From Candidatus Latescibacterota bacterium (GTDB lineage: Bacteria; Latescibacterota; UBA2968; GCA-2709665): 64,000 bases of DNA. Numbering within the stretch: position 1 is the stretch's first letter; each line of letters begins with the position of its first letter. Position numbers and translations under genes: made by a program. Below, in pieces: positions 39,477 through 49,507 of the stretch. The notes beneath the pieces were generated by a model. The model did no database searches and was not told where the DNA came from. It saw only the letters and a program-made list of their open reading frames with translations. Where the stretch lies: contig OZ244744.1 in NCBI GenBank assembly GCA_965219455.1, forward strand, positions 4,096,001-4,160,000, in the 5' to 3' direction.

Positions 39477-39562
39477 CCCATTGCCATTTTGTCATTTTCT
39501 TTTCTTAGTTTAAACTGGAAAACCGAGAAGCCTGCTCACTTCTCGGTTTTCCAGTTTTAGGT

Positions 39563-40198
39563 ATGGTTTGCATGCGCCGGTTTTCTGTTATTCTGATTCT
39601 GCCTTTGGTGGTCGCCGCCGCTTGCCGGACTCGACCTCCGGACGCCCGTAGCCGGGCTTCCGGTCCAGCGGATACGTCCGCCCCATCCTCCACGGCAGAA
39701 CGTCTTGCGGCGGATATAGAAAGGCTGGAGGCCGCCCTTATCGGATTGATGGATGAAAAGCCACATATTGTAATCGACACGGTTCACAACCACCTGCAGG
39801 TCTGGCATCGAAACCGTCTGTTGGAGGACGCGGTCTGCGCAACCGGAAGCGGAAAGATTCTGTTGGGCGACAAGCGAAAGTCATGGCGGTTCATCACACC
39901 GAAAGGGCGATTCGAAATCCAACGAAAAGTGGTGAATCCGATATGGAAGAAGCCTGAATGGGCCTTTGTGGAGGCGGGACGGAAGGCTCCGGTACTGCCG
40001 TGGGATTTCGGGCGTCTGGATCCCGTCACGCTGGGCAAATATGCCCTGGAGTTGGGCGACGGATACGAAATTCACGGCAACCTCTACCCGAATCTCATCG
40101 GGCGAAACATTACGCACGGGTGCATTCGACTGAACGACGCCGACCTCGAGGCCGCGTTCGTCCGGGCGCAAATAGGAAGCCGTGTCTACATCTATTGA
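39563..40198 (+). CDS. L,D-transpeptidase (YkuD family) lipoprotein
   Basis: Lipobox AAAC; TPKG.F.I, NPIW.KP and LGKYA motifs; catalytic IHG...THGCIRL. Confidence 0.9.
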   Translation: MVCMRRFSVILILPLVVAAACRTRPPDARSRASGPADTSAPSSTAERLAADIERLEAALIGLMDEKPHIVIDTVHNHLQVWHRNRLLEDAVCATGSGKILLGDKRKSWRFITPKGRFEIQRKVVNPIWKKPEWAFVEAGRKAPVLPWDFGRLDPVTLGKYALELGDGYEIHGNLYPNLIGRNITHGCIRLNDADLEAAFVRAQIGSRVYIY

Positions 40199-40776
40199 TC
40201 CTCACTATTACCATCCCCTTCGTCTTGTTCATGCCGTCTCCCGAGGCATGCGCCCAGAGCGTGCCGGACTCGCTCGAACAAGCGCTCAGTAACAGGAAAC
40301 AGGCGCTGGAGCTTGAAGTTCGGTTTGCAAGAAAGAACCCCGACGCCTACTACCTCGTAATCGATCTGCCGTCCCGCAAGGTTTATCTCAAAACCGGTGC
40401 GCACATCTTAAGGTCCTGCGCAATTCAGAAATACCGACTTACGGGAGCGTTGAGCCGGTCGTCTTCGCAACTCCGGATGATCGCCCGGCTCGACCCGGTC
40501 AGCGCCGAACCCGGAAATACCGGACTCAGGCTTCGCGGCCGCCGTTTGCCGCTCGATTTCAGCGGTCGGCTGATTGAGGGTCCCCGTGGTCGATCCAGGT
40601 TGTATTTTTCTCCTGCCCTGCTCATCCAGCCGCACGAATTTTCCTTGCCCGCCAGGACTGGCGGCATCGTCCTTGACTCGTCCGACGTCAAAGCGCTTGA
40701 TTCTGCTCTTCACCCGGGTAGCACCGCCATACTCATACCAATCGTCGACCGCATACCCGGAGAGCTATTCCCGTGA
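40195..40776 (+). CDS. L,D-transpeptidase-like protein lacking catalytic His/Cys
   Basis: TTG start overlaps the upstream TGA; signal peptide. YLVIDL..RKVYL matches the YkuD N-strand. IQP...TGGIVL replaces IHG...HGCIRL. Confidence 0.6.
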   Translation: MILTITIPFVLFMPSPEACAQSVPDSLEQALSNRKQALELEVRFARKNPDAYYLVIDLPSRKVYLKTGAHILRSCAIQKYRLTGALSRSSSQLRMIARLDPVSAEPGNTGLRLRGRRLPLDFSGRLIEGPRGRSRLYFSPALLIQPHEFSLPARTGGIVLDSSDVKALDSALHPGSTAILIPIVDRIPGELFP

Positions 40777-41720
40777 AGCAGCTCCTCCTAACCATTCTGA
40801 CGCTTGCCCTGTCGCACCCCGTACCAGTTCCGGCGCAATCCGAGACCCGTTATTCGGAAGACCCTCTGCTGCTCGGCGCAGGCGCAAGACCTCTGGGGAT
40901 GGGAAGCGCTTTTGTGGCCGTCAGTGACGATGCCACCGCCATCTATTGGAACCCGGCAGGCCTTCAGCGGCTGCGGCGAAGAGAATTGCAGATTCAACAT
41001 GCCGAGCAGTTCGGCGGCACGGTCAACCATGACGTCTTTACCCTTGGCGGCCCTTCTCCGCTCGGCGGCTTTGGCGTCGGTCTCACGCGCCTGGGGGTGG
41101 ACGGCGTCAAGATCACTACCCTTGAGAACCCGACGCTTTCGCCGGGTCCGGACAATCGCCCCGTCGTACGTCGTATCGTGGGTACAACCGAATACCACCT
41201 CCACCTTGCCTTTGGCCGCGGCCTGAGGTCGAATCTGTTCGCGGGTACCGGGGTGAAGCTCGTATCCCGCAGGCTCGGCACCGGTACGGGATCGGGATTT
41301 GGTGTTGATTTTGGCATGCTCTATATGCCGCGGCCGGACCTGACGGCGGGCCTGATGATTCGCAATCTCATACCCATGAAGATCACCTTCGACTCGGGTT
41401 CGTCGGAACGGGTCCCGCCTGTCCTTGTCATTGGTCTTGCGTTTGCGCGGCCGGTCGCGGCGTTTGACGGACTGATCACATGTAGCGGGAGTGTCAGCAT
41501 CGGTGAGGAAAAATCTGCCGCAGAAAACCTACAGGGTGTCCGGATTGGCGTAGAATACCTCTACCGGAAAAAGCTGGCCTTTCGCCTCGGCGCACGGGGA
41601 AATCACTTTACCGCAGGTGCGGGCGTCCGACTCCGCGGACGCGTTGCCTTCGACCTCGCCTTTCTGGAACACGGCGAATTGGATAACACCTACCGCATCT
41701 CGGGTTCCTTCTATTTCTGA
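40773..41720 (+). CDS. PorV/PorQ-like outer-membrane beta-barrel
   Basis: GARPLGMGSAFVAVSDDATAIYWNPAGL signature; C-terminal aromatic YF. Confidence 0.85.
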   Translation: MKQLLLTILTLALSHPVPVPAQSETRYSEDPLLLGAGARPLGMGSAFVAVSDDATAIYWNPAGLQRLRRRELQIQHAEQFGGTVNHDVFTLGGPSPLGGFGVGLTRLGVDGVKITTLENPTLSPGPDNRPVVRRIVGTTEYHLHLAFGRGLRSNLFAGTGVKLVSRRLGTGTGSGFGVDFGMLYMPRPDLTAGLMIRNLIPMKITFDSGSSERVPPVLVIGLAFARPVAAFDGLITCSGSVSIGEEKSAAENLQGVRIGVEYLYRKKLAFRLGARGNHFTAGAGVRLRGRVAFDLAFLEHGELDNTYRISGSFYF

Positions 41721-41735
41721 ATCCTGAACACATTC

Positions 41736-42626
41736 ATGCGAAGCGCGACCGATTTCAGATCCGGATATATCGTCATCGCCGGCAAAGCCAACGTGGGAAA
41801 ATCCACGCTGTTTAACCTGCTCGTCGGCGAACGCCTGTCCATTGTGACCGCCAAACCTCAGACCACGCGGCATCGGGTATTGGGCATCCTCACGTCCCGA
41901 ACATCCCAGATGATTTTCCTGGATACGCCGGGAATGCTTCAGCCCGGCTACGGTCTGCACGAGCGTATGTCCGATCAGATAAGGCGTTCCATCAGCGACG
42001 CGGATGTTTTTCTCGGTGTGATCGACGCCTCCGACTTCAAAGCCACCTTCGACCACGAAGTACGCGAAATCCTGCGCAGGGTCAGGCGCCCGCGCATTGT
42101 CGCGGTAAACAAATCCGACCTGGTTTCCGCCGCCCAGGCACAGCGGTGCGTCGATACCGTCAGGAAAGAAGCCGCAGTTCAGGAAGTTCTGCCGGTTTCC
42201 GCCCAAACCGGTTTCAATGTCGAATTGCTCCAGGCCAGTCTTGAGCAGGCGCTGCCTTCAGGTCCCGCATACTACCCCGAAGACATGCTCACCGAGCGCC
42301 CGGAGCGGTTTTTTGTGGCCGAACTCATCCGGGAGGAGATTTTCCTGCAACTCCGGCAGGAGTTGCCCTACGCGACGGCGATCAAAGTGGAGGCGTTCCG
42401 CGAAGGCAAACCCAGAACCTATATCCGGGCCAGCATTGTCGTCGAACGAAAGTCCCAAAAGGGAATCGTCATCGGCGGAAATGGAAAAACCCTCAAATCC
42501 ATCGGCAAAAATGCAAGGGGTAAGATTGAGGCCTTCCTGAACGCCCCGATCTATCTGGATCTGCGTGTGAAAGTTCACCAGAATTGGCGGAAGAAAGAAC
42601 AGGCCCTGCGCGGGTTCGGCTACTGA
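41736..42626 (+). CDS. era: GTPase Era
   Basis: GKANVGKS, KPQTTR, DTPG, NKSD, ELPYA, SQKGIVIG..G KH domain. Confidence 0.96.
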   Translation: MRSATDFRSGYIVIAGKANVGKSTLFNLLVGERLSIVTAKPQTTRHRVLGILTSRTSQMIFLDTPGMLQPGYGLHERMSDQIRRSISDADVFLGVIDASDFKATFDHEVREILRRVRRPRIVAVNKSDLVSAAQAQRCVDTVRKEAAVQEVLPVSAQTGFNVELLQASLEQALPSGPAYYPEDMLTERPERFFVAELIREEIFLQLRQELPYATAIKVEAFREGKPRTYIRASIVVERKSQKGIVIGGNGKTLKSIGKNARGKIEAFLNAPIYLDLRVKVHQNWRKKEQALRGFGY

Positions 42627-42650
42627 ACGTGAATTCCAACGAGAGCCATT

Positions 42651-43685
42651 GTGCCTCACGCTATAAAGACGCTGCTCAAATTTGTCATCGGCGTTGCGCT
42701 TTCCGCAGGGTTTCTATGGTTGGCCTTTCATGGTGTCGCGCCAGCTGAAATGTGGTCTGCGGTAAGACAAGCCAGGGTTCACTGGCTTGTCTTAAGTATT
42801 TTTCTGCTCTTTCTGTCGATTCTCCCTCGTGCCTGGCGTTGGCAGATCCTTTTGAAACCCGTCAGTCATCGGATTTCATTTCAGAGAGCCAGCCATGCCA
42901 TTCTCGTGGGTTATGCTGCCACCAACGTCGTTTCCCGTGCCGGGGAGATCGCCCGTGGGGTCGCGCTACAAAAATACGAGCGCCTGCCGTTGAGCGGCAT
43001 TCTCGCCACCATTCTGGTAGAACGGGCGATCGACATGCTGGCCCTCCTTACCTTCCTGGGAGGCGTCCTCTATTTTTCCCGAGAAAAAATCGTCACCGCG
43101 TTCCCATGGATGGAGGGGGTCGCACTCCTCGCACTGGCGGCCACCGTGGGTTTTCTCGTTCTCTTCGTGCTTCTGTCCGTCTACGGTGATCGCGCATTGA
43201 ATATCATGCGTCTGCCTGTCCGCTGGGTCTCCCAATCGGTGGCGGACCGGCTCATTGGAATTCTCCGGTCGCTGTTTCAGGGTCTGGGCGGCGTTCACGC
43301 GACTTCTGGCTATGTCGGCATCCTTGCGTCCAGCATCCTTCTCAACCTGATTTACATTCTGACGTCTTATGCCGCATTCTTCGCCTTCGATTTTCCTTCC
43401 CGGTACGACCTCGGTTTTTTCGACGCCGTCGTGGTCCTGGTAATTTCGACCATAGGCGTGATCATTCCCACCCCGGGAGGAACCGGCACCTACCATTATT
43501 TTTGCAGCCAGGCCCTCAACGCGGTATTCGACGTGCCGATTGCGGATGCTCTGGCTTACGCGACTGTGATGCATGGTCTCGCCTTCATCACTTATCTGAT
43601 CGCGGGCGGCCCGGGGTTGATCCGACTTTTGCTTACCCGCCGGTTGGGCACCGTGGATACGACCGGTTTCCAGAGAAGGAAATAA
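42651..43685 (+). CDS. Lysylphosphatidylglycerol synthase TM-domain (flippase-like, UPF0104) protein
   Basis: RAWRW..LL, GY..N...RAGE.AR, ER..D and PTPGG.G motifs. Confidence 0.88.
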   Translation: MPHAIKTLLKFVIGVALSAGFLWLAFHGVAPAEMWSAVRQARVHWLVLSIFLLFLSILPRAWRWQILLKPVSHRISFQRASHAILVGYAATNVVSRAGEIARGVALQKYERLPLSGILATILVERAIDMLALLTFLGGVLYFSREKIVTAFPWMEGVALLALAATVGFLVLFVLLSVYGDRALNIMRLPVRWVSQSVADRLIGILRSLFQGLGGVHATSGYVGILASSILLNLIYILTSYAAFFAFDFPSRYDLGFFDAVVVLVISTIGVIIPTPGGTGTYHYFCSQALNAVFDVPIADALAYATVMHGLAFITYLIAGGPGLIRLLLTRRLGTVDTTGFQRRK

Positions 43686-43741
43686 AAAGGACGCGAACGA
43701 TATGTTCGCGCCCTGCTGGAACCAGCCGTTTCACGTCACGA

Positions 43742-44050
43742 TCAGGACTGCAGCCGCCGGGACATTTCCATCGCCTCCTCCGCTTCGTCGATAAGGCCCT
43801 TCTGCTGGTACAGCCTCGAAAGACTCGTATGGGCAAGCGGTTCTTCCGGCGCGATTCGAATCGCTTCCCGCGCGTGCAGAATCGCTTCATCGACCTTGCC
43901 CTGCCTGTCCAGCACCTGCGCCAGACCCAGGTGCCCCATGTAAAAATCCGAATCTTCTTCCAGCGCCCTGCGAAACATCTCGAAAGCCCCGTCCAGGTTG
44001 CCGGTGGAAATCTGCTTTAATCCTTCCCGATAGTGATTTTTAGCCGCCAT
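43742..44050 (-). CDS. Small TPR protein
   Basis: MAAKNHYREG; LGLAQVL..QG..DEAI; AHTSLSRLYQQKG...EAE. Confidence 0.8.
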   Translation of the reverse strand: MAAKNHYREGLKQISTGNLDGAFEMFRRALEEDSDFYMGHLGLAQVLDRQGKVDEAILHAREAIRIAPEEPLAHTSLSRLYQQKGLIDEAEEAMEMSRRLQS

Positions 44051-44167
44051 TTGCGCGTACTCCCGAAACCCTGAATTCAGACACCGCCAACGCGCCCCGA
44101 CCGGTTCCGCACCGGTTTCTGGTGGCATGGTACGGAGTTCGATGCCATCGGGGGTGGTTTGGCGATC

Positions 44168-47100
44168 CTAAAAATGTCCTGTCATGTCAATTGAGAAATA
44201 CTGGTGAGGATGGTAGGTCCGTGCGAAATCCGTGGGCCAGGCCAGATCGTATCGGAACAGGAAGTACCCCAGATTCACACGCACGCCGAATCCGTACCCC
44301 GCTGCCATCTGCGGTTTCTCGAATCCGTGTCTGGATTCCCCGCCCCGGAAGTGCTGCGGCACATTGAGCTCAAAGCCGCCGTCGCGGGCGACCCAGCCGT
44401 CTCTCCATTTGGATCTTTCAAAGGCGCCGCCAATGTCCAGGAACAATTCACCCTGGACGTTCTGGAAGAAGAGCGGCAGCGGCCAGCCCATGATCAGTTC
44501 CCGGATGAGGGGAAAACGGAACGCCGCATTGGCCAGCACATACGAATCGCCGGCCAGTTCGAACAATTCCACGCCCCGCAGCGGCCATACAAAACTGGAA
44601 AAGAATATCCGATCCTGGTCCACGTTGGCAAACGTATTGAAATTAGGATTCACGGGATTGTTGACGCCACCTACGAAATAGACTCTCTTGTTGGGGCCGA
44701 AGCTGCTGCCCCCGGAGAGACGAAAGGCAAACGTGTATTCGCCCAGCGCGAGCAGATACTGGCGCAGATCCACATTGAACGCCGCAAAACGCATTCCCGC
44801 CCAACTTCCTTCAATGCCAAGGCGCATCCGGCGTCCGTCCACGGCTCCGAAACGGCTCATCAGCGAGTTGTCGTCCACAAGCGCCAGGTAGGAAACGGCG
44901 GCTCCACGGGAATCGACTTCAGTGCCAGAAAGCCCGCGCAGGTTTCTTCCGGTAAATCCACGTCGTACCCACCGATCGTCGTATCGTTCCCGTTCCAGGC
45001 GTTCGCGGGTAATTCTGATGCCCCGTGTGCCCAGTTCCATCCTGCTGAATCGGCTGAACGGCCGAATCAGGCTTGCTTCGGCGCCGAGATAGCGATCGGC
45101 ATTCAACTGACCGCTGTCGAAGAAGAACAGACGCGTATGGATGGCGCTGAGGTAGTAGTTGGTCTGGTGTTTGAGGTTCTGGTATCCGAGGAAGAGATCG
45201 CTGTCTTTCAGGGAGAAGCTCAACCCTGACTGTATGATGACGCGATGGTCGCCCATCACGTCCGTCAGCGACAACTGGACCAGGCTGCTCACACCGTAGA
45301 AGGTGTCGAAGCCGGCGTTGGCTCCGAAGAATTCCGGTTTGAGTTTCACACGGTATTTGTTCACCGTGAACTCCCTGTTCCAGTCGCGCAGCGTCAGTTC
45401 CCTGTCGCCGTCCGTCTCCAGGGTGTCGGCCCCGGCGCCCTCGTCGTCGTCGCCGCGCGCCTCGGCGGCCGCCAGCGCCATCTGATCCGACATCCACGTC
45501 TCCACCTTCCTGTCCGTCGCCGCCGCCACCACCGTATCCTGTTGTGCGCCGCTGTCCGCGCTGTCGGCCGCCGCGCTTGCCGTCGCCTGCTCCTCCCTGC
45601 GCTCACGCTGCAGTTCCACGAACGGCCGGTCTTCGATACCCGCCAGACGCTTCGCATACCGCGTCAGCGGCAGATCTTCGGTCCCCCGCTTCTTCTTTAG
45701 CGGGTCCTTCATTACGAAGATGTCATAACCGCCCCTGTGAAACGTCGTAAACGCCAGCTTCTTGCCGTCGGCCGACCAGTCGATATACCGCGCCCCCGAC
45801 AACAGATTGCTGATGGGATACACCTGTGAGCCGTCCACGTGCGCGATGTAGATGTTGCCCACGCCCGTCCTGTCCGACACGAACGCCAGCGTCTGCGAGT
45901 CCGGCCCCCACGTGGGATGGCTGTCGTTCACCTCGCTTTCCACCACGCGACGGATCTCCGAACCGTCACGGCGGATCACGAACACGTCATACGTGCCGAA
46001 GACGAAATCCTTCGACCCGTCATACGTCAGGGCCGCCGACGGTCGGTCCGAACTGATGGCGATCCACTCCCCGTCCGGCGACCAGTCCAGGTGCTTCTCG
46101 TCATACGGATCCCGCGTCATGCGCCGCAGCGACTCGTCCTCCACGTTCACGACATACACGTCCGACCACCCGTCCTTCAACCCCACGATCGCGATCTCTT
46201 TCCCGTCGGGCGACCACGTGGGCTCGAACAATCCGTCCAGATCGAACTTGAAGCGCTTCGTCACGCGCCGCTTCCTCACGTCCAGCGTATACAGCGTGTT
46301 CTTGTTACGCGACTTCGCCGCAAACGCGACCTGCTTGCCGTCGGGCGACCACGTGATGCCGGGACGCAGTACGAACAATCCCTCGAAGTCCGACGATCGC
46401 TCGCCCTCCACCAACCGGCCCAGGTCCTGACCGTCGATCGCCGACATCAGATAGATGTCGAACGTGCCCTGACGCTCCGTCACATACGCGATCTTGTCGC
46501 CCTGCGGCGAAAACGACGGCGCGATATTGTAAAAACCACGACCCACAGACGCTTCCGTCAACTGCTTCGCCACCTCCTCCGACACGTGGTGCAGGTTGAT
46601 CTCGTTCCAATACTGACGCTTCAACCACAACTGCCACTTCTCGTCCAGCTCCTCCACACCCTCGCCCACCGATGCCTTCAGCGCCTTGTCCACAGACCGC
46701 GCCGACCGAAACGACGAGATAAACTCCGCCACCTTGTCCTTGCCATACTCCTCTTCGATCATCACGAATACAGACTGACCACCCTTATACGCAAACGCGC
46801 CGCTCAACGCCATCATACCAGGCACATAACCCGTGATCGTCGCGTGACGCATGAAATTGTCGCCCTCACGGTCCCAGCCTCCCTGCGATAAATACTCCGC
46901 CACACCCTCCGCAATCCACAATGGCGGCAACGTCGCCGCCTGCGTCATCATCGCTCCCAGCCACCCGCCGCCCGTCCACATCTCCAATGTCACCACGTGC
47001 GCCAACTCGTGATGTATCACGTGACGGAAATCGCCATAAGATCCCGTATACGGTATCACCACACGACCCTGCGCAAACTCCGTAAATCCGCCCGTAAACT

Positions 47101-47413
47101 CCGACTGCTCCGTCGGCGCGATGTTCGTCACTGAAAAACCGTTGTGCGAGTTGTAGATTACTATCGGATATCGGTCCTTCAAAGTATACTTCAGATCCTT
47201 CTCCAGACGCACCAGCGAGCGCTCCGCCTCCTTCGCCGCAAACTCCGCCGCAGGCTGCGACGCCCTGTCGAAATAGATCTTGAAATGCTCCGTCTCCAGA
47301 TAGTGCCAGTCGTAATCGTCATACGTCACCTTGTTCTTGCCGAAATACTCCTGACCGCCCGCAATACCATACGTGAACAAGGTGATGCCAAATAGAAGGG
47401 ACCACCGGGACAT
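44168..47413 (-). CDS. Omp85/BamA-like barrel protein with N-terminal peptidase MA-like domain and PD40/TolB beta-propeller
   Basis: Signal peptide; YFGKNKV; HHELAH...PLWIAEG..EY gluzincin motif; repeated WSPDG; C-terminal barrel with PLRG and terminal Phe. Confidence 0.85.
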   Translation of the reverse strand: MSRWSLLFGITLFTYGIAGGQEYFGKNKVTYDDYDWHYLETEHFKIYFDRASQPAAEFAAKEAERSLVRLEKDLKYTLKDRYPIVIYNSHNGFSVTNIAPTEQSEFTGGFTEFAQGRVVIPYTGSYGDFRHVIHHELAHVVTLEMWTGGGWLGAMMTQAATLPPLWIAEGVAEYLSQGGWDREGDNFMRHATITGYVPGMMALSGAFAYKGGQSVFVMIEEEYGKDKVAEFISSFRSARSVDKALKASVGEGVEELDEKWQLWLKRQYWNEINLHHVSEEVAKQLTEASVGRGFYNIAPSFSPQGDKIAYVTERQGTFDIYLMSAIDGQDLGRLVEGERSSDFEGLFVLRPGITWSPDGKQVAFAAKSRNKNTLYTLDVRKRRVTKRFKFDLDGLFEPTWSPDGKEIAIVGLKDGWSDVYVVNVEDESLRRMTRDPYDEKHLDWSPDGEWIAISSDRPSAALTYDGSKDFVFGTYDVFVIRRDGSEIRRVVESEVNDSHPTWGPDSQTLAFVSDRTGVGNIYIAHVDGSQVYPISNLLSGARYIDWSADGKKLAFTTFHRGGYDIFVMKDPLKKKRGTEDLPLTRYAKRLAGIEDRPFVELQRERREEQATASAAADSADSGAQQDTVVAAATDRKVETWMSDQMALAAAEARGDDDEGAGADTLETDGDRELTLRDWNREFTVNKYRVKLKPEFFGANAGFDTFYGVSSLVQLSLTDVMGDHRVIIQSGLSFSLKDSDLFLGYQNLKHQTNYYLSAIHTRLFFFDSGQLNADRYLGAEASLIRPFSRFSRMELGTRGIRITRERLERERYDDRWVRRGFTGRNLRGLSGTEVDSRGAAVSYLALVDDNSLMSRFGAVDGRRMRLGIEGSWAGMRFAAFNVDLRQYLLALGEYTFAFRLSGGSSFGPNKRVYFVGGVNNPVNPNFNTFANVDQDRIFFSSFVWPLRGVELFELAGDSYVLANAAFRFPLIRELIMGWPLPLFFQNVQGELFLDIGGAFERSKWRDGWVARDGGFELNVPQHFRGGESRHGFEKPQMAAGYGFGVRVNLGYFLFRYDLAWPTDFARTYHPHQYFSIDMTGHF

Positions 47414-47551
47414 ATCCAGGCTCCTTAGTTTGTCAACATGCCCTTCGGATACCGTTTTGCATTGGAATTAAACCGGAAGCGTCACGTCTTCGGTATTATA
47501 CAGCCGCTTGTTGGCTTTTGATGTCGCCGCGTTCGGGGTTCACGCTGAGGC

Positions 47552-48397
47552 TCAGCATGAAAAAAACGGGTTGTGCTCCAGTTCCTCAGCAACCGACGTG
47601 ATGGGTCCATGCCCCGGAAAAACGCGGGTTTTCTCATTTCGACACAGGACCTTTTCCACTACCGCCGTGATCTGACCGGCATAAGCCGGTCCCAGCGCGC
47701 CGCCCATGGATCCTGCAAAAAGCGCGTCGCCCGAAAAGAACATTCCGTCTCCTCCATAACCGATTCCGCCCGCCGTATGCCCGGGGAGGCTTACCGCATC
47801 GATGGCGATACGCCCCACGTTCGTGCGCCAGCCGTCGTCCACCAGGTCGGTCACGAGTCCTTTCAGACTTCCAAGAAGACCGAAATCACGTTCGCAACAA
47901 CACACCCGGGCACCGGTTGTCTCCGCGATTTCAGCAAGTGCGCCCACGTGATCCGCATGTCCGTGGGTAAGCAGCACGTGGGTCACCTTCAGACTCATTC
48001 GCTCCGCCATTTCAAAAATCCGCTCGGTCTGGCCTCCCGCGTCGACAATCGCGCCTTCACCTGAAGCCTTGCACTTCAACGCATAGGCGTTCACTTCCAT
48101 ACCCACGTCCAGAATCGTTCGCTCAACGGACAGTCGCGCGTCGTCGTGAGGCGCGTTTCCCCGGTCCGGCACCCATCCCTTCGCAATCCCGAGCAGCTTT
48201 TCCCCATCCAGATGCAGCGCGCCGGCGAGCGCCCGAATACGGCCATCTTCCGGCGTGAGTTCGTAGGCTTCAATCAGTCCGACTTCCTCGGAGGTCAGTC
48301 CCGCCGCTTCTGCAAGCGCCTTTTCCGAAAGACCCCGCCCCCGCCTGGCCTTTCCGACAATATCTCCGAAAAAATCCTCGAGCGTCGTGTATGCCAC
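47552..48397 (-). CDS. MBL-fold metallo-hydrolase with N-terminal XRE-like HTH
   Basis: THGHADH, PGHT, GDALF and PGHG motifs; N-terminal KARRGRGLS...LA..AGL HTH; RBS GGAGGAGG. Confidence 0.88.
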   Translation of the reverse strand: MAYTTLEDFFGDIVGKARRGRGLSEKALAEAAGLTSEEVGLIEAYELTPEDGRIRALAGALHLDGEKLLGIAKGWVPDRGNAPHDDARLSVERTILDVGMEVNAYALKCKASGEGAIVDAGGQTERIFEMAERMSLKVTHVLLTHGHADHVGALAEIAETTGARVCCCERDFGLLGSLKGLVTDLVDDGWRTNVGRIAIDAVSLPGHTAGGIGYGGDGMFFSGDALFAGSMGGALGPAYAGQITAVVEKVLCRNEKTRVFPGHGPITSVAEELEHNPFFSC

Positions 48398-48429
48398 GTG
48401 TCCTCCTCCGTTCGAAGGTCATTCGCAAT

Positions 48430-48488
48430 TGGCATGGTCGCTTTCAGGACCATGCCAGTATTATGATATATACAAACGAAAATGTCAA
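48430..48488 (-). promoter_or_regulatory. Promoter and downstream inverted repeat upstream of the HTH-MBL gene
   Basis: Minus strand TTGACA (48488-48483) - 17 nt - CATAAT. Perfect 10-bp IR TGGCATGGTC-N8-GACCATGCCA at 48430-48457. Confidence 0.5.
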
Positions 48489-48504
48489 TTAATTTCGGCC
48501 CTAA

Positions 48505-48664
48505 CAGTCCGTTGATAAAGTTGCTCTGCAGGCGAGGCCGAGCCATTGTGACCGAAGACAAGGCGCGCGACCGAGTCGAATCGGTGCATTCGGGGAGGGA
48601 GCGCAACGCAGTAATGCGGCCACAAGAGCCGGCCGCAGCCCGGATGGACTTTTTCAACGGGCTG
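48505..48664. mobile_element. 160-bp MITE, copy 2, TSD CTAA
   Basis: TIRs CAGTCCGTTGATAAAGT / ACTTTTTCAACGGGCTG flanked on both sides by CTAA. Homologous to 23835-23994. Confidence 0.85.
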
Positions 48665-48805
48665 CTAAGGCCAGGGACCAACGGCGCAGCGGGGGTGATG
48701 TCACCCACATTTCTCGTTGCATTTCGGGTCGCCAATCCATAAATTCCCGGCGAATCGGATCAGGCCTGGAAGCCTTCCGGAAAGAGAATGGAAGATCGTG
48801 TAACG

Positions 48806-49507
48806 ATGCCAGATAAAACAGTGGCTGCCAGCCCTAAACAACTCGCAGGCGAACGCGCCGCCGATTTGGTGGAAGACGGGATGATCGTTGGTCTGGGGAC
48901 CGGATCGACCGCGTTCTTCGCCATTCGAAAGCTGGGCGAGCGCGTCCGGGAGGGCCTCCGGATACGTGGTATTCCCACGTCCGAACAGTCCCGGATACAG
49001 GCGGAACGCGAAGGTATTCCCCTTATCGATTTCGCCGATACCACCCGGATCGACCTGACTATCGACGGCGCGGACGAGATCGATCCCGCCTTCAACCTTA
49101 TAAAGGGCGGTGGCGGGGCGTTGCTTCGTGAAAAACTTGTGGCCACGGCCAGCCTCCGGGAGATCATCGTTGCCGACGAATCCAAACTCAAGGATCGACT
49201 CGGCGGATTCCCGCTGCCGGTGGAAGTGGTGCCCTTCGGCTGGCAGTTTGTTCGGTTGCAAATAGAAGCCCTGGGGTGCCGCGCCAGTCTCCGTGTCCTC
49301 CAAAACACGGCTTTCGTTACGGACAATGGCAACCACATCATGGACTGCGCCTTTGGCGCCATCGAGGACCCCGCCGACCTTGAACGACGTATTGCGGCGA
49401 TCTGCGGCGTCGTTGAATCCGGACTCTTTATCGGCCTTGCCCACCACATCGTCATCGGCAAAGCCGACGGCACCCTCGAAGAACGCGCCAGACTCCGGCC
49501 GTTGTAG
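48806..49507 (+). CDS. rpiA: Ribose-5-phosphate isomerase A
   Basis: GLGTGST, DGADE, IKGGGGALLREK, PVEV and TDNGN motifs. Alternative start 48788. Confidence 0.96.
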   Translation: MPDKTVAASPKQLAGERAADLVEDGMIVGLGTGSTAFFAIRKLGERVREGLRIRGIPTSEQSRIQAEREGIPLIDFADTTRIDLTIDGADEIDPAFNLIKGGGGALLREKLVATASLREIIVADESKLKDRLGGFPLPVEVVPFGWQFVRLQIEALGCRASLRVLQNTAFVTDNGNHIMDCAFGAIEDPADLERRIAAICGVVESGLFIGLAHHIVIGKADGTLEERARLRPL

